Source: Macrostomum hystrix
Taxonomy: Eukaryota; Animalia; Platyhelminthes
Direction of reading: 5' to 3'
DNA: 64,000 nucleotides
NCBI GenBank assembly: GCA_950097015.1
Contig: CATNEN010000007.1
Location: 11,222,001-11,286,000 of the forward strand
A program made the position numbers and the translations under genes. This document shows positions 63,315-64,000 of the stretch, piece by piece (the first letter of the stretch is position 1; the number at the start of each line of letters is the position of its first letter). The notes beneath the pieces are model-generated. The model was not told where the DNA came from, made no database searches, and was given only the letters and a program-made list of their open reading frames with translations.

Positions 63315-64000
63315 CACCACCTCTGGTGCACTGGCCTTGTGCGCCATCTCTGGCGCCGACGCAGGCAGGCGGCCACTGTGGCTGTTGCCACCCTGCTGCT
63401 CCTGCTGGTTGGCAGCGCCTCACTAAGCTGGCCAGTGCTCGCGCCGCCTTCACATTCACGGCAGCAGCTGCTGTTCCAGCTGCCGCCATCGCCACTGGAA
63501 GCTGTCCCGCCGGTGGATCCATTCGACTCGAGCCGCGACGTCTTGGTGCTGCTGCACGTGCAGAAGACAGGCGGCTCGCACCTTAACCGTCAGCTCGTCA
63601 GCAACCTGCACCGGCCGGACATTAGCTGTCAGTGTGGCCGTGGTGGCGGCCGCCGCAGGCGAAAGTGGCGCTGCAACTGCCAGAATAGCGGGGGTGACCA
63701 GTGGCTGGTGAGCCGCTACAGCACCGGCTGGCTCTGCGGCCTCCACGCCGACTTCGCCGCCCTTTCCTCCTGCGCGCCCCTCCAGCTGTCGAAGATGGAC
63801 TCCCAGCCGGAGCGGCCGCGGCGCCTTCGCTACGTCACCATGCTCCGCCAGCCGGCTGACCGCTTCCTGTCAGAGTGGCAGCACGCGCGCCGCGGCGCCA
63901 CCTGGCGAAAGTCGCAGCCCACCTGCCGGGGCCGGCGGCCGGCGGCATGTCGAACAGGCGACGCTGGCTGGCGCGGCGTCTCCCTGACCGAGTTCGCCAG
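63315..64000 (+). CDS. HS6ST: Heparan-sulfate 6-O-sulfotransferase, 5' part (runs off the window); not in the ORF track
   Basis: Type II anchor RRRRQAATVAVATLLLLLVG, then DVLVLLHVQKTGG (5'-PSB), WLVSRYSTGWLCGLHAD and YVTMLRQPADRFLSEWQHARRGATW (3'-PB). Acceptor CCCCACAG ends at 63314 in phase 0. Confidence 0.92.

Noticed and set aside
63265-63746. Track ORFs overlapping HS6ST
   Set aside because: Alternative-frame or antisense shadows of the HS6ST frame.

Overview
Eukaryotic (metazoan) genomic DNA with GC-rich exons, short GT-AG introns and about 30 distinct minisatellite arrays. The overall character suggests a free-living flatworm such as Macrostomum; this is inference, not a database match. 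Spliced gene models reconstructed by hand: a PAN/apple + F-type-lectin gene with an in-frame TAG (-, runs off the left edge), AHSA1 (+), Ca2+-binding mitochondrial ATP-Mg/Pi carrier SCaMC (+), a DOC2/rabphilin-like double-C2 protein with a candidate myristoylation/palmitoylation N-terminus (-), a 12-copy YMRFamide precursor (+), an Rh-type ammonium transporter (-), a secreted coiled-coil + PLA2-like protein lacking the catalytic Asp (-), ARL5 (-) and HS6ST (+, runs off the right edge). Mobile elements: a deleted mariner, an RT-less LOA/R1-like LINE and tRNA-derived SINE remnants. The most notable signal is that divergent ARL5 and HS6ST both lack a start codon in their first coding exon and both begin at a phase-0 splice acceptor where Met1 should be. 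This fits the initiator Met being donated by the AUG-terminated flatworm spliced leader. Most long ORFs in the track are read-throughs of tandem repeats. Repeat boundaries are approximate and read by eye.
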